From Bacteroidota bacterium (GTDB lineage Bacteria > Bacteroidota > Bacteroidia > Bacteroidales > UBA7960), in contig JAGXRQ010000017.1 in NCBI GenBank assembly GCA_018335675.1, forward strand, positions 8,051 to 72,050: 64,000 nt of DNA, read 5' to 3'. The stretch's first letter is position 1. Every line of letters starts with the position of its first letter. Shown here one piece after another: positions 10,779-22,339 of the stretch. A model generated the notes under the pieces. It was given only the letters and a program-made list of their open reading frames with translations, made no database searches and was not told the origin of the DNA. Both the position numbers and the translations under genes were made by a program.

Positions 10779-11408
10779 TTATTTCAACAACGTATTTTCA
10801 ATTTTTTCAATTGAGCTTTCTACCAAAAGGATTCTTTGTGCATCAAGAATCTGATAAGTATTCAGATCACTAGCAAGAACAACAGAAGTTTTGGGAAGAT
10901 TCCTTGCTGAAAGTATAATATTACGGTCAACATCGGGAATCACAAGCAAAGATTTTTTATCCGACAAGCTAAGATTATTTAGCATACTAATATACTGTTT
11001 AGTTTTAGGTTGTTCGAAAGAGAAATCTTCAATAATCATTAGGTTATTTTCTTTAACTTTATAAGTAAGTGCAGATTTTCTAGCTAGTATCTTAACTTTT
11101 TTATTAAGTTTAAAAGAATAATCCCTTGGTTTTGGTCCAAAAATACGACCACCACCTCTTAGAGTAGGAGCTTTAATATCGCCTATACGTGCTCCACCGG
11201 TACCTTTTTGTCTACGAAGCTTACGAGTACTACCAGCAACTTCGTTTCTTTCTTTAGATTTGTGTGTACCTTGTCTTTTGTTAGCCAGATACTGTTTTAC
11301 ATCAAGATAAATAACATGATCATTTGGTTCAATCCCAAAAATCTCATCATTTAAGTTAACAGTTTTGGCTGTTTTTTTTCCATCAATATTATAAACTGCT
11401 AGCTCCAT
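10779..11408 (-). CDS. rplD: 50S ribosomal protein L4
   Basis: 209 aa ([33 protein letters not shown]). Its start overlaps the rplC stop by 10 nt. Confidence 0.95.
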   Translation of the reverse strand: MELAVYNIDGKKTAKTVNLNDEIFGIEPNDHVIYLDVKQYLANKRQGTHKSKERNEVAGSTRKLRRQKGTGGARIGDIKAPTLRGGGRIFGPKPRDYSFKLNKKVKILARKSALTYKVKENNLMIIEDFSFEQPKTKQYISMLNNLSLSDKKSLLVIPDVDRNIILSARNLPKTSVVLASDLNTYQILDAQRILLVESSIEKIENTLLK

Positions 11409-12028
11409 CTTTCAAGTATTAAATATGAACCATTAGGACCAGGAACAGATCCTTTTACAATAACAATATTCTTTTCGGGAATAAGTTTCATGACCTGTAA
11501 GTTGATCATTTTCACTCTGTTTCCACCCATACGGCCTGCCATACGCATACCTTTAAAAACCCTAGAGGGGTAAGAAGACGCACCCAAAGAACCCGGAGCT
11601 CTAAGACGGTTATGCTGACCGTGAGTAGCTTGACCCACACCACTAAAACCATGTCTTTTAACAACACCCTGGAAGCCTTTTCCTTTAGAGGTACCTACCA
11701 CATCGATAAATTCACCTTCTATGAATACATCACAGGTAAGAGTATCTCCAAATTTCTTCTGATGACCCGGTTCAAAGCGGGTAAATTCGGCGACCATTTT
11801 CTTAGGAGTAGTTTTTGCTTTTGCAAAATGACCAAGAAGAGCTTTAGAAGTATGCTTTTCTTTTTTGTCATCGAAAGCAAGTTGGATAGCATCATATCCA
11901 TCTATCTCCTTCGTTCTTATCTGCGTAACAACACAAGGACCAGCCTCAATTACAGTGCATGGGACATTTTTCCCAGAGGCATCAAATACGCTGGTCATTC
12001 CAATTTTTTTTCCAATTAATCCTGACAT
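11399..12028 (-). CDS. rplC: 50S ribosomal protein L3
   Basis: [15 protein letters not shown] start and [13 protein letters not shown] motif. Confidence 0.96.
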   Translation of the reverse strand: MSGLIGKKIGMTSVFDASGKNVPCTVIEAGPCVVTQIRTKEIDGYDAIQLAFDDKKEKHTSKALLGHFAKAKTTPKKMVAEFTRFEPGHQKKFGDTLTCDVFIEGEFIDVVGTSKGKGFQGVVKRHGFSGVGQATHGQHNRLRAPGSLGASSYPSRVFKGMRMAGRMGGNRVKMINLQVMKLIPEKNIVIVKGSVPGPNGSYLILERWS

Positions 12029-12073
12029 TTTTCTCAGTATTTTTCTTTACGCAATAGTGAAATAATAAAATAA

Positions 12074-12379
12074 TTAAACTTTAATTTCAACCTCTACACC
12101 ACTTGGTAGCTCTAATTTCATTAAAGCATCCACAGTTTTCGAGGATGAAGAATAAATATCTAAAAGACGTTTGTAGCTGCAAACCTGGAATTGCTCCCTT
12201 GATTTTTTGTTTACAAACGTTGATCTTAGCACAGTAAAAATCTTTTTATTGGTTGGCAATGGGATAGGACCATTCACAACAGCACCTGTAGATTTAACAG
12301 TTTTAACAATCTTCTCAGCTGATTTATCAACCAGATTGTAATCGTAAGATTTTAATTTAATTCTAATTCTTTGACTCAC
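12074..12379 (-). CDS. rpsJ: 30S ribosomal protein S10
   Basis: [13 protein letters not shown] start and 101 aa. It follows fusA directly with no tuf, as is typical for Bacteroidota. Confidence 0.96.
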   Translation of the reverse strand: MSQRIRIKLKSYDYNLVDKSAEKIVKTVKSTGAVVNGPIPLPTNKKIFTVLRSTFVNKKSREQFQVCSYKRLLDIYSSSSKTVDALMKLELPSGVEVEIKV

Positions 12380-12400
12380 GGTTGTTTTTTTTTAAGAACG

Positions 12401-14503
12401 TTAATATGCTTTAATTCCATTTATTTTCAGAATAACATCATCTGCAATATTTTTAGGAGCGGGCTCAAAATGAGAAAACTCCAAAGTAGAAGTTGCGCGT
12501 CCTGAAGATAAAGTTCTAAGAGATGTAACATAACCAAATGTTTCACTTAAAGGGACTTTAGCTTTTATGACCTGAAGATTAGCTCTAGAAGAAATTCCTT
12601 CTAGCTGTCCTCTTCTACGGTTAATATCACCAGATATATCACCAACATAACTGTCTGGTGTAACAACTTCCAATTTCATTATAGGTTCAAGCAAAATTGG
12701 TTTTGCTTTTTTCATAGCATTTTTGAATGCAATTTTGGCAGCAAGTTCAAAAGAAAGAGAATCAGAATCAACTGTATGGTAAGAACCATCTAGTAATCTA
12801 ATTTTCAAACTATCAACTGCATAACCTGCAAGAACTCCATTTTGCATTGCTGTTTTAAAACCAAATTCTACAGCAGACACAAATTCTTTGGGGATATTTC
12901 CACCTCTAACTTCATTAATAAATTGAAGACCTGTTTTATCTTCATCTGCAGGCGCCATTTCAAAAATGATATCAGCAAATTTTCCTCTTCCGCCCGATTG
13001 CTTTTTATAAACTTCTCTATGTTCAACAACAGCTGTGATAGCTTCTTTGTATGCAACCTGAGGTTGTCCTTGATTACATTCAACGTTGAACTCTCTTTTT
13101 AATCTATCTACAAGAATTTCCAGATGCAATTCGCCCATACCACTTATAATAGTTTGGCCTGAATCCGGATCTGTTCTAACTTTAAAAGTTGGATCTTCTT
13201 CAACTAATTTGCTAAGCGCTATTGAAAGCTTGTCTATATCAGCCTGAGTTTTAGGTTCAACTGCAATACTAATAACAGGTTCTGGGAAAGTCATTGTTTC
13301 AAGAACAATTGGTTTACTTTCCAGGCATAAAGTATCTCCGGTATGAATTACTTTAAAGCCCACGGCTGCACCAATATCACCAGCCTCTATAAATTCGATA
13401 GGGATTTGTTTGTTTGCATGCATCTGAAGGATTCGAGAAATTCTTTCTTTCTTTCCTGTAGATGCATTTAATATATATGATCCAGACTCTAATCTACCGC
13501 TGTAAACTCTGAAAAATGCTAGTTTACCAACATAAGGATCTGTTGCAATTTTGAATGCCAAGGCGCTAAAAGGCTCTTGTACGTCTGGGTGCCTTATCTC
13601 TTCTTTTCCAGTTCTTGGATTGATCCCTGTTACTGCAGTAATATCAATTGGAGATGGCAGGAATCTGCAAACGGCGTCGAGTAAAAGCTGCACACCTTTA
13701 TTTTTGAAAGAAGAACCACAAAGAACAGGAGTAATTTTTAGAGAGATTGTAGCTTCTCTAATAATGCTAATCATTTCCTCTTCTGAAATATTATTAGGAT
13801 CTTCCATGAACTTTTCCAGCATTTCTTCGCTTTCTTCGGCGCAACCTTCTATAAGATTCATCCTATATTCCTGAACAGTTTCTATCATATCATCAGGAAT
13901 TGGAATTTCGACAAAAACATTACCAAGTGATTGTTCTTCCCAGATGTATGCTTTTCCGGTAATAAGATCAACAAGACCGCTAAAAGTATCTTCGCTACCT
14001 ATTGGCAGCTGAAGAGGCACCGGATTCATTCCAAGTCTGTGTTTGATTTCCGAAACAACAGAGAAGAAGTCTGCTCCAGCGCGATCCATTTTATTAACAT
14101 AACTGATGCGAGGCACCATATATTTGTCGGCTTGTCTCCAAACAGTTTCTGACTGTGGTTCTACGCCTCCCACTGCACAAAAAAGAGCAATAGCTCCATC
14201 GAGTACTCTAAGAGACCTTTCCACTTCAACGGTGAAATCAACGTGTCCAGGAGTATCAATGATATTAATTTTATATTGAACGTCTTTATATTTCCAAAAA
14301 GTTGTAGTAGCAGCAGAGGTAATTGTAATTCCTCTTTCTTGCTCCTGCGCCATCCAGTCCATGGTAGCGGTGCCATCATGCACCTCTCCCAGCCGGTGAT
14401 TTACACCGGTATAGAACAATACTCTCTCAGTAGTTGTAGTTTTACCTGCATCTATGTGAGCCATAATGCCTATATTCCTGGTATGTTTTAAATTTTTGGA
14501 CAT
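12401..14503 (-). CDS. fusA: Translation elongation factor G
   Basis: 700 aa with GTPase motifs [17 protein letters not shown] and NKMD. Lies between rpsG and rpsJ. Confidence 0.97.
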   Translation of the reverse strand: MSKNLKHTRNIGIMAHIDAGKTTTTERVLFYTGVNHRLGEVHDGTATMDWMAQEQERGITITSAATTTFWKYKDVQYKINIIDTPGHVDFTVEVERSLRVLDGAIALFCAVGGVEPQSETVWRQADKYMVPRISYVNKMDRAGADFFSVVSEIKHRLGMNPVPLQLPIGSEDTFSGLVDLITGKAYIWEEQSLGNVFVEIPIPDDMIETVQEYRMNLIEGCAEESEEMLEKFMEDPNNISEEEMISIIREATISLKITPVLCGSSFKNKGVQLLLDAVCRFLPSPIDITAVTGINPRTGKEEIRHPDVQEPFSALAFKIATDPYVGKLAFFRVYSGRLESGSYILNASTGKKERISRILQMHANKQIPIEFIEAGDIGAAVGFKVIHTGDTLCLESKPIVLETMTFPEPVISIAVEPKTQADIDKLSIALSKLVEEDPTFKVRTDPDSGQTIISGMGELHLEILVDRLKREFNVECNQGQPQVAYKEAITAVVEHREVYKKQSGGRGKFADIIFEMAPADEDKTGLQFINEVRGGNIPKEFVSAVEFGFKTAMQNGVLAGYAVDSLKIRLLDGSYHTVDSDSLSFELAAKIAFKNAMKKAKPILLEPIMKLEVVTPDSYVGDISGDINRRRGQLEGISSRANLQVIKAKVPLSETFGYVTSLRTLSSGRATSTLEFSHFEPAPKNIADDVILKINGIKAY

Positions 14504-14518
14504 TTAAATTTATCGATG

Positions 14519-14986
14519 TTAGAATCTAAAATGAGAGAATGCTTTGTTTGCTTCTGCCATACGATGTGTATCTTCTTTTCTTTTATATGCAGCTCCTTCT
14601 TCTTTATAAGCAGCTACAATCTCACCGGCAAGTTTGTTGGCCATTCCTTTATCATTGCGTTTGCGAGCAAATTTGATAAGGTTTTTCATACCAACAGACA
14701 TTTTTCTTTCCGGTCTGATTTCAGATGGGATTTGGAAAGTAGCTCCACCGATACGTCTACTTCTTACCTCAACAGCAGGAGTAACGTTGGCAAGTGCTTT
14801 TTTCCATACTTCCAGTCCGTCTTCTTTTGTTTTCTGAGAAACAATTTCTACTGCATCGTAGAAAATGTCGAAAGCAGTAGTTTTCTTACCGCTAAACATC
14901 AGGTTATTAACAAACATTGTTACTAGCTGATCATTAAATTTAGGATCAGGCAGTATAATTCTCTTTTTTGGTTTTGACTTTCTCAT
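14519..14986 (-). CDS. rpsG: 30S ribosomal protein S7
   Basis: 155 aa ([17 protein letters not shown] ... KAFSHFRF). Confidence 0.96.
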   Translation of the reverse strand: MRKSKPKKRIILPDPKFNDQLVTMFVNNLMFSGKKTTAFDIFYDAVEIVSQKTKEDGLEVWKKALANVTPAVEVRSRRIGGATFQIPSEIRPERKMSVGMKNLIKFARKRNDKGMANKLAGEIVAAYKEEGAAYKRKEDTHRMAEANKAFSHFRF

Positions 14987-15015
14987 TTATACGGATATTA
15001 AATCTAATTACACGA

Positions 15016-15396
15016 CTATGATTTTACTTTTGGTCTTTTTGTTCCGTATTTAGACCTTCTTTGTTTACGACCATCAACACCACTTGTATCTAAAGCACCG
15101 CGGATGATATGATATCTTACACCTGGAAGGTCTTTAACTCTGCCTCCACGGATAAGCACAATAGAGTGCTCTTGTAGGTTGTGACCTTCGCCCGGGATGT
15201 AGGAGTTAACTTCTTTACCGTTAGTAAGCCTAACTCTTGCAACTTTACGCATAGCTGAGTTTGGCTTCTTGGGAGTTGTTGTGTATACTCTAACACAAAC
15301 TCCACGACGCTGTGGGCATGAATCTAAAGCGGGCGACTTACTTTTATAAGTTACCTGTTTTCTTCCTTTTCTTACCAATTGTTGTATTGTTGGCAT
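15016..15396 (-). CDS. rpsL: 30S ribosomal protein S12
   Basis: [12 protein letters not shown] start and [16 protein letters not shown] motif. First gene of the str operon. Confidence 0.97.
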   Translation of the reverse strand: MPTIQQLVRKGRKQVTYKSKSPALDSCPQRRGVCVRVYTTTPKKPNSAMRKVARVRLTNGKEVNSYIPGEGHNLQEHSIVLIRGGRVKDLPGVRYHIIRGALDTSGVDGRKQRRSKYGTKRPKVKS

Positions 15397-15470
15397 ATTC
15401 TAATGTAATTTTATATAAAACTCGTTATTTATTAAGTACTTAATCAATTTTATGCACATTTTAGGGAGTG

Positions 15471-15478
15471 CAAAGGTA
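15471..15478 (-). promoter_or_regulatory. Candidate -7 promoter box (TACCTTTG) proximal to rpsL
   Basis: The minus strand reads TACCTTTGCACTCCC, matching TAnnTTTG, about 75 nt upstream of the rpsL ATG. Confidence 0.45.
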
Positions 15479-15632
15479 AGGGTTATTTTCAGAATTCCAA
15501 TAGTGAATTTGATTTTTTTTGACCCAACCTAAAAATAATTTCCGAAACAGCATTAAATACATACTGCTTCTAGGAAAATTTATTACCAAACTGCCTGATT
15601 TTCAAAACTGAATATACAGAATTTTGGGGGCA

Positions 15633-15640
15633 CAAAGATA
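15633..15640 (-). promoter_or_regulatory. Candidate distal -7 promoter box (TATCTTTG) upstream of rpsL
   Basis: The minus strand reads TATCTTTGTGCCCCC, matching TAnnTTTG, about 240 nt upstream of rpsL and downstream of the Ppx/GppA gene stop. Confidence 0.4.
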
Positions 15641-15701
15641 TTAAAATAATTTAGAAAGCTAAGAATAAAATAATCAAGATAAAAAAAAGAAAAATTAATT
15701 A

Positions 15702-16637
15702 TCAAATAATACGATTTGCCATAAGCCCTGACAAAACCCCCTCTTTTAATGCGAAATTTGAAAAAACCAACTCATTAATATTATATTGATTTCTTACAAA
15801 TTCGATAAATAACACGGCAAGCACAATTGTATCTATTCTCATGGGGATAAGTCCTTTAATTCTTTTTCTATCTAATTCGGAAGAGCTTATCAATTTGTTA
15901 TAAACCATTAAAAAATCATTATTCAATATGGAGACAGACTTTATATTATCATCCGGGTCGACATTATATAATTCTTTGCAAATAATTGAATAAACAGATT
16001 CAAATGATCCTGAACTTCCAACAAGTTTATTGACATTATATTGACTAACAATATTAGATAAAGAATCCAATTCTGTTTTCAAGAAATTGTTTATTGCAAT
16101 AATATTTTCCGGAGTAATGGGGTTTTGGGGTTGGAATTTCTGTAAAATTCTTGCTACACCGAGATCAAAACTTTTTTTAAAAATTATATTATTGTTTTCA
16201 GCAAGAATAAACTCAGTACTTCCACCACCAATATCCATAATCAAAATGGGCTCAAGAATATTTTTCAATGCAAGAGCTACGCCATTATATATATAGTATG
16301 CTTCTTTGTCGCCATCAATTACTTTAATAGATACTCCTGTTTTATTATAAACAGCCTCAACAAACTCTTTTCCATTCTCTGCACTTCTAACTGCAGATGT
16401 CGCATAAGCTAATATTTCATTTGGATTAAATGAGTTGGCAACCTGGGTTAGTTCATAAAATGCTGATATACCTCTTTGAAAAGCTTCAGGTGAAATTTGA
16501 TTATTAAGAATTGTGTTCTGTCCAAGCTTCACATTCTTCATTAATCGTTTTAAAATTTTATAATTTCCTGAGTTATCATATTCTGCGATGAGAAGATGAA
16601 AAGTATTAGTACCACAATCAATAATAGCTGCTATCAT
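15702..16637 (-). CDS. Ppx/GppA family phosphatase (exopolyphosphatase / pppGpp phosphohydrolase-like)
   Basis: N-terminal ASKHA phosphate-1 motif AIIDCGTNTFHLLIAE and a later DIGGGSTEF motif. 311 aa. Confidence 0.8.
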   Translation of the reverse strand: MIAAIIDCGTNTFHLLIAEYDNSGNYKILKRLMKNVKLGQNTILNNQISPEAFQRGISAFYELTQVANSFNPNEILAYATSAVRSAENGKEFVEAVYNKTGVSIKVIDGDKEAYYIYNGVALALKNILEPILIMDIGGGSTEFILAENNNIIFKKSFDLGVARILQKFQPQNPITPENIIAINNFLKTELDSLSNIVSQYNVNKLVGSSGSFESVYSIICKELYNVDPDDNIKSVSILNNDFLMVYNKLISSSELDRKRIKGLIPMRIDTIVLAVLFIEFVRNQYNINELVFSNFALKEGVLSGLMANRII

Positions 16638-16713
16638 CTTTATTTATAAAGTTTTAAATCAAAACAGGTATCTGCTTGGCATTTCCTATACTCAGGAAAA
16701 GTGAATCAAGAAA

Positions 16714-18054
16714 TTAACCTTTAAATTTAATCCATTTCCAGATTTCCTTATAACTGACTTTCTTCCCATACATAAGAATACCTGTTCTATATATTTTAGA
16801 TGCGAGCCAAGTTGTTCCTACAAAGCCCAATACCAATAATGCCATTGACAGATAGACTTGAGCCATTGGAACACCAAAAGGAATTCTTAGCATCATAATT
16901 ATGGGGGATGTGAATGGAATCATTGACAGCCAAACTGCTACAGGCCCCGATGGATTGTTAGCGACCATCTGAGCCATAACTATTGCAAAGATGAGAGGCA
17001 CAGTAATCGGGAGCATAAACTGCTGAGTATCTGCTTCATTGTCGACAGCAGCACCAATGGCTGCAAACAGGGAAGCATAAAGTAAATAACCGGCTAGGAA
17101 GAAGAAAATAAAAGAACCAATCATTACGGGCAAATTAATTGAGCTTAAAGCATCCATAATTTGACCTGCAGGCGAATTATACTGCATAACAATTTCCGTT
17201 CTTTCCTTTAGTACCTCAGGATTGTATGCATCATCTGCCGATATATATACTTGTTCAACCGGAGTATATTTAAATTGTTCGGGAAAAGCTGTCTGAACAG
17301 CAGTTACAATTATTAGCGTCAAGAAGATCCATATCAAGAATTGAGTGAGTCCGACCAAAGCTACGCCAATAATCTTACCCATCATAAGCTGGAATGGCTT
17401 AACTGAAGAAATAATAACTTCAACAATTCTATTTGTTTTTTCTTCCATTACACCTCTCATTACTTGAGAACCAAAAAGAAAAATAAAAAAATATATTAGT
17501 ATTCCACTAAAAATTCCAAGGACCATTCTTAGCTCTGGATAATCTGTTTTTTCCAGACCATCTTTCGTAAGTCTGACAGTCATAATATTTATGCTAGTTT
17601 TTATTTTCTGCAAAACATCTTCATCAATACCTTCCTTAGCAAGTTTTAGACTTTCAAAATCAAGTTTTAGTTGATTTTCGATATTAAGTTTAGCATTCAG
17701 GTTTACTGATTTCTCACTAAACATTCTCAAACCACTTGGAGCTTCAAAAGCAAATTTCGGGATATGAAGAATGGCGTCATAATTACCTTTTTTATGAAGT
17801 TCAATTGCAGCCTCAATGTCAAGATTTAGTTGAGAAAATTCAACATTATTAGTATTTTTCAATCTTTCAAAAAAGAAATCAGAATCATCAACAACGCCTA
17901 CCTGATAAACACTGTCAGACATTTTTGCAATAAAGACAGGACCAATCATTAATGCTGCCATTAACAAAGGACCTAGAATTGTCATAATAACAAAACTACG
18001 CTTCCTCACTCTGGTTAGATATTCTCTCTTTATAATAATTGCTATTTTATTCAT
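16714..18054 (-). CDS. ABC-2 type transporter permease (NatB-like)
   Basis: One N-terminal TM helix, a large extracytoplasmic loop, then five C-terminal TM helices. I place the start at the internal ATG (MNKIAIIIKREYL, 18054), 10 nt after the upstream ATPase stop, rather than at the ORF-track start of 18147. Confidence 0.8.
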   Translation of the reverse strand: MNKIAIIIKREYLTRVRKRSFVIMTILGPLLMAALMIGPVFIAKMSDSVYQVGVVDDSDFFFERLKNTNNVEFSQLNLDIEAAIELHKKGNYDAILHIPKFAFEAPSGLRMFSEKSVNLNAKLNIENQLKLDFESLKLAKEGIDEDVLQKIKTSINIMTVRLTKDGLEKTDYPELRMVLGIFSGILIYFFIFLFGSQVMRGVMEEKTNRIVEVIISSVKPFQLMMGKIIGVALVGLTQFLIWIFLTLIIVTAVQTAFPEQFKYTPVEQVYISADDAYNPEVLKERTEIVMQYNSPAGQIMDALSSINLPVMIGSFIFFFLAGYLLYASLFAAIGAAVDNEADTQQFMLPITVPLIFAIVMAQMVANNPSGPVAVWLSMIPFTSPIIMMLRIPFGVPMAQVYLSMALLVLGFVGTTWLASKIYRTGILMYGKKVSYKEIWKWIKFKG

Positions 18055-18064
18055 CTCTGCTTTT

Positions 18065-19030
18065 TTAGATCTGATTATTCTGATAATTATTTTTGTTATT
18101 AACTTCATCAGGATATTTTCCCGTAACATTTTTAATAAAAATGTCATTCATGCTAGGCAGAACTTCCTGAAACGAAATAACTCTTCCGGCCTCCATAATA
18201 CTTTTAAGCAGGTTGTTTGATGGATCTCCGTCAGGCTTTCTAATTCTATATTTATAGAGATTTTCTGATTTACCTTCAAGAGAAACATTATATTGGCTCC
18301 CTAGCATGCTCTCAAGAGGTTTTTTAACATCTTCTAATTCGACACAATAAATACCAAGCGAATGAGATTTCCTGATTTCTTTAACATTTCCCTCCAGAAT
18401 TATTCGAGATTTATTAATAAGAGTGATATCATCACAAATTTCCTCAACAGAGCTCATATTATGAGTCGAGAAAATTATTGTAGCACCGTTATTTCTAAGG
18501 TTAAGAATTTCTTCTTTCAGGAGGTTGACGTTAATAGGGTCGAAACCAGAGAAAGGCTCGTCGAAGATAAGAAGTTTGGGTTGGTGTAGAATAGTTATTA
18601 TAAATTGCATTTTCTGGGCCATACCCTTTGAAAGCTCTTCCACTTTTTTGTCCCACCAAGGCAGGAGGTCAAATTTCTCGAACCATACTTTAAGCTTCTT
18701 TTTTGCATCATGCTTATTAACATTTTTAAGCTGAGCAAGATATAACGCCTGTTCGCCAATTTTCATTTTTTTATACAACCCTCTTTCTTCGGGAAGATAG
18801 CCAATAAAATGCACATGTTCAGGTTTAAGTTTTTCACCATCGAAAAACAATTTGCCTTCATCTGGTCCTATAATTTGATTAATAATCCTAATGAGGGTTG
18901 TTTTACCAGCTCCGTTTGGTCCCAATAATCCATATACAGATTGTTTAGGCACTGAAATACTAACATTGTCCAGAGCTTTGTGGCCAGTATAGTTTTTTGT
19001 AATATTCTCAGCTTTAAAAATATATTCCAT
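18065..19030 (-). CDS. ABC transporter ATP-binding protein (NatA-like)
   Basis: Walker A GPNGAGKTT, signature LSKGMAQK and Walker B LLIFDEP. Starts 6 nt after the dnaJ stop. Confidence 0.9.
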   Translation of the reverse strand: MEYIFKAENITKNYTGHKALDNVSISVPKQSVYGLLGPNGAGKTTLIRIINQIIGPDEGKLFFDGEKLKPEHVHFIGYLPEERGLYKKMKIGEQALYLAQLKNVNKHDAKKKLKVWFEKFDLLPWWDKKVEELSKGMAQKMQFIITILHQPKLLIFDEPFSGFDPINVNLLKEEILNLRNNGATIIFSTHNMSSVEEICDDITLINKSRIILEGNVKEIRKSHSLGIYCVELEDVKKPLESMLGSQYNVSLEGKSENLYKYRIRKPDGDPSNNLLKSIMEAGRVISFQEVLPSMNDIFIKNVTGKYPDEVNNKNNYQNNQI

Positions 19031-19036
19031 AAAGTA

Positions 19037-20188
19037 TTAGTTAAAATGTTCTCTCATTTTTTCAAAGAAGCTTTTCTCTGATTTTTTGGGATTAGGTTTG
19101 AAGTTTGGAGATTTTGCAAGATTTGACAACATTGTCTTTTCTTCTTTAGAAAAGCTTTGCGGTGTCCAAACATTAATACTCACAAGAAGGTCACCCCTTC
19201 CATATGAATTAATTGAAGGCAGACCTTTTCCTTTTAGTCTTAATACTTTTCCAGATTGAGTTCCTGGTTCAATTTTTATTCTGGCTTTACCTTCTAGGGT
19301 TGGGATATCAACGCTCGTTCCCAATACTGCATCCGGGAACGAGATATAATGTTCAAACAGCAGATTATTGCCGTCTCTAATAAGGTCTTCGTGTTTTTGT
19401 TCTTCAACAAGGATAATAAGATCGCCGGGCACGCCACCTCTAGCAGCGGCATTACCTTTTCCACTGAGAGAAAGTTGCATTCCTTCGGCCACACCTGCAG
19501 GAATGTTTATACTAATTACTTCTTCATCCTTAACTATACCATTGCCAAAGCAAGTGTTACATTTATCTGTAATGATTTGGCCTTCTCCACCACAAGCAGG
19601 ACATGTAGTGGTAGACTGCATTTGCCCAAGAAAGGTATTTGTAACTCTTGTAACATGTCCTGACCCATTGCAAGTTGAGCAAGTTTTGAATGAGCTTCCT
19701 CCTTTAGCACCTGTTCCACTACATTCCTTGCAAGAAATAAATTTATTAACTTTTACTTTCTTTTCAACGCCGTTGAGGATTTCCTCAAGAGTTAGTTTTA
19801 CCTTAATACGAAGATTTGATCCTCTATTAACTCTTCTAGATGAACGACCTGACCTTCCGAATCCACCAAAGCCACCAAAAGCACTTCCAAATATATCTCC
19901 AAATTGGCTGAATATATCTTCCATAGACATACCACCGCTATATCCGCCGCCACCGAAGTTATTTCCTAATCCGGCATGCCCATATTGATCGTATCTGGAC
20001 TTTTTGTCAGGATTGCTAAGCACTTCATATGCTTCAGCTGCTTCCTTAAACTTTTCTTCAGAAGTAGCATCATTAGGATTTTTATCAGGGTGATATTGCA
20101 ACGCTTTTTTTCTATAAGCCTTCTTTATTTCCTCTGCATTGGCATTTTTTGAAACACCCAAAACTTCATAATAATCTCTTTTTGCCAT
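19037..20188 (-). CDS. dnaJ: Molecular chaperone DnaJ
   Basis: J-domain with HPD ([12 protein letters not shown]), a Gly/Phe-rich linker and four CxxCxGxG zinc-finger repeats. Confidence 0.97.
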   Translation of the reverse strand: MAKRDYYEVLGVSKNANAEEIKKAYRKKALQYHPDKNPNDATSEEKFKEAAEAYEVLSNPDKKSRYDQYGHAGLGNNFGGGGYSGGMSMEDIFSQFGDIFGSAFGGFGGFGRSGRSSRRVNRGSNLRIKVKLTLEEILNGVEKKVKVNKFISCKECSGTGAKGGSSFKTCSTCNGSGHVTRVTNTFLGQMQSTTTCPACGGEGQIITDKCNTCFGNGIVKDEEVISINIPAGVAEGMQLSLSGKGNAAARGGVPGDLIILVEEQKHEDLIRDGNNLLFEHYISFPDAVLGTSVDIPTLEGKARIKIEPGTQSGKVLRLKGKGLPSINSYGRGDLLVSINVWTPQSFSKEEKTMLSNLAKSPNFKPNPKKSEKSFFEKMREHFN

Positions 20189-20201
20189 TTAACAAACCTT
20201 T

Positions 20202-20768
20202 TTAATTAGCTACAACTACTTTTGCGAATCTCAGAACTTTACCATGCAGAAGATATCCTTTTTCCACCTCTTCAATCACTTTGCCTTTTTCCTCATCAGA
20301 TTTAGCAGGAACGTTTGAAATAGCCTCATGAAAATCAGTATTAAAATCTTCTCCAACAGTAGGAATTACTTCTACTCCCTTTTGGGTTAGGATACTTTTA
20401 AATTTTGAATATATTAAAAAAATACCTTCAGCATATGATTCTTCATCTTTTGTATCGTCTGCCATTTCGCATGCTCTGCCAAGGTCATCGAACACAGGTA
20501 GCAATGCTGCAAGTATGTCAGAAGATGCCATTTTAGAATATTCAATTTTTTCTTTCAGCGTTCTTTTTCTATAATTATCAAACTCGGAAAATAACCTTAA
20601 GTACTTATCATTTAGTTCATTTAATTTTAAATTAAGATCTTCACCCTTTTTGTCATCTTGATTATCAGAAACAGACGATTTGTCGTTATCGGTTCCAAAA
20701 GATTGGTCTTGCATTTCCTGTTCCTTATTTTCGTTCATTATGTCTTTTTCTTCAGATTTCTTAGTCAT
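20202..20768 (-). CDS. grpE: Nucleotide exchange factor GrpE
   Basis: 188 aa with an acidic N-terminus, a coiled coil (KYLRLFSEFDNYRKR) and C-terminal GYLLHGKVLRFAKVVV. Confidence 0.93.
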   Translation of the reverse strand: MTKKSEEKDIMNENKEQEMQDQSFGTDNDKSSVSDNQDDKKGEDLNLKLNELNDKYLRLFSEFDNYRKRTLKEKIEYSKMASSDILAALLPVFDDLGRACEMADDTKDEESYAEGIFLIYSKFKSILTQKGVEVIPTVGEDFNTDFHEAISNVPAKSDEEKGKVIEEVEKGYLLHGKVLRFAKVVVAN

Positions 20769-20861
20769 ATCAAATGCACGTATTTAATGTTAAATAAAAT
20801 TTAGCAAAAACTGTCATTTTGCTATCAAAGGTTTTGCCAATTCTAAAAAGCAGTCAATTTG

Positions 20862-22175
20862 TCAGCCAATATTAACTCTTTTTATATCTGCGCCAATATT
20901 TATGAGTCGTTGATCGATATTTTGATAACCTCTATCAATTTGGTCGATATTCAAAATAGTGCTTTTACCTTTAGCAGATAGTGCTGCGAAAAGCAAAGCT
21001 ACACCAGCTCTAATATCAGGAGATGCCATAGTAAGGCCTTTTAGGGAGTGTTGCCTATTGAGTCCGATAACAGTTGCTCTATGCGGATCACAAAGAATTA
21101 TTTGAGCGCCCATATCTATAAGTTTATCAACAAAGAAAAGTCTTGATTCAAACATTTTCTGGTGAATAAGCACACTACCTTTGGCATGAATGGCAGTAAC
21201 GAGTATAATACTGAGAAGGTCGGGAGTTAGGCCCGGCCATGGAGCATCGCTAATTGTAAGTATTCCACCATCTAGAAAAGTTTCCACCTCATAATTTTTT
21301 TGAGAAGGAATATAAATGTCATCATTTTTCACTTCTAAGTAAACTCCCAATTTTTTAAAGACGTCAGGAATAATTCCAAGCTGGTCGAATCTAACATTTT
21401 TAACAGTAATTTCAGACTGAGTCATAGCAGCGAGACCAATAAAGCTCCCAATTTCTATCATATCAGGCAGCATAGTATGCTCGCACCCATGAAGTGAACC
21501 GATGCCTTGAATAGTAAGAAGATTAGAAGCAATTCCTGAGATTTTGGCACCCATTGATACAAGCATTTTACAAAGTTGCTGGAGATATGGTTCACATGCT
21601 GCGTTGTATATAACTGTTTCACCTTCAGCAAGCACAGCAGCCATAACTATATTAGCAGTACCTGTTACGGAGGCTTCGTCAAGTAGCATATAAGCCCCTT
21701 TTAGTTTATCAGCTTTTAACACTGCAAAGCCTTTGTCTTGATCTTGAATAAAATCTGCGCCTAACTTTTGAAGCCCAATAATATGGGTATCCAATCTTCT
21801 TCTGCCAATTTTATCGCCTCCGGGTTTTGGCACAAGGGCTTTCCCAAAGCGAGCCATAAGAGGGCCGATAACCATTACAGAACCTCTAAGTTTCGAAGAG
21901 GCAGAAAGAAATTCTTGTGAATAGATGAAGTCAGTGTCTATTTTATCAGCTTGAAAAGAATATGAGCCTGTTCCAAGTTTTTCGACTTTAACTCCCATTT
22001 GCTGCAACAAGAGTATAAGATTATTTACATCAATAATATCGGGGATATTATTGATTACAACTTTTTTTTCTGTAAGTAAGCAGGCACAAATTATTTGCAG
22101 GGCTTCGTTTTTAGCACCTTGAGGTATGATATCGCCTTTAAGTTTTTTTCCACCGATTATTTCAAAAGCATTCAT
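20862..22175 (-). CDS. murA: UDP-N-acetylglucosamine 1-carboxyvinyltransferase
   Basis: 437-aa EPSP-synthase-like fold (GGKKLKGDIIPQGAKNEALQI, PGGDKIGRRRLDTH). Note Asp rather than Cys in the active-site loop motif. Confidence 0.92.
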   Translation of the reverse strand: MNAFEIIGGKKLKGDIIPQGAKNEALQIICACLLTEKKVVINNIPDIIDVNNLILLLQQMGVKVEKLGTGSYSFQADKIDTDFIYSQEFLSASSKLRGSVMVIGPLMARFGKALVPKPGGDKIGRRRLDTHIIGLQKLGADFIQDQDKGFAVLKADKLKGAYMLLDEASVTGTANIVMAAVLAEGETVIYNAACEPYLQQLCKMLVSMGAKISGIASNLLTIQGIGSLHGCEHTMLPDMIEIGSFIGLAAMTQSEITVKNVRFDQLGIIPDVFKKLGVYLEVKNDDIYIPSQKNYEVETFLDGGILTISDAPWPGLTPDLLSIILVTAIHAKGSVLIHQKMFESRLFFVDKLIDMGAQIILCDPHRATVIGLNRQHSLKGLTMASPDIRAGVALLFAALSAKGKSTILNIDQIDRGYQNIDQRLINIGADIKRVNIG

Positions 22176-22339
22176 GGCTCAATATTTAAATTAGACAATA
22201 TATTTTCATTGCGCAAATATGATTAAAATTTTCGCTTTTTCCTAATAAATAAAAGCCCTAAAAATTGCAAATAGAAATTAAAGGAAGTAATCAAAAAAAA
22301 CAAAAAACTCTTTAATTATAACATTGTCAAGAAGCAAAA

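Noticed and set aside
12380-12400. Absence of tuf between fusA and rpsJ considered as a deletion or rearrangement
   Set aside because: rpsL-rpsG-fusA-rpsJ without tuf is the normal Bacteroidota arrangement, where tuf sits with secE-nusG elsewhere. It is not an anomaly.
18055-18147. Long N-terminal extensions suggested by the ORF track (16714..18147, 48637..49824, 50632..50985, 53794..55056, 48212..48655, 39902..40285)
   Set aside because: The extensions overlap the upstream gene or promoter, begin at TTG/GTG codons in several cases and encode non-conserved hydrophobic junk. Internal ATGs give canonical N-termini and tidy intergenic spacing.
19368-19988. 206-aa plus-strand ORF (Pro-rich), plus a 104-aa ORF at 19349..19663, antisense to dnaJ
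   Set aside because: They lie entirely inside the well-supported dnaJ gene. The proline-rich low-complexity translation is the mirror of the Gly/Cys-rich region of dnaJ. There is no promoter box and no recognisable fold.
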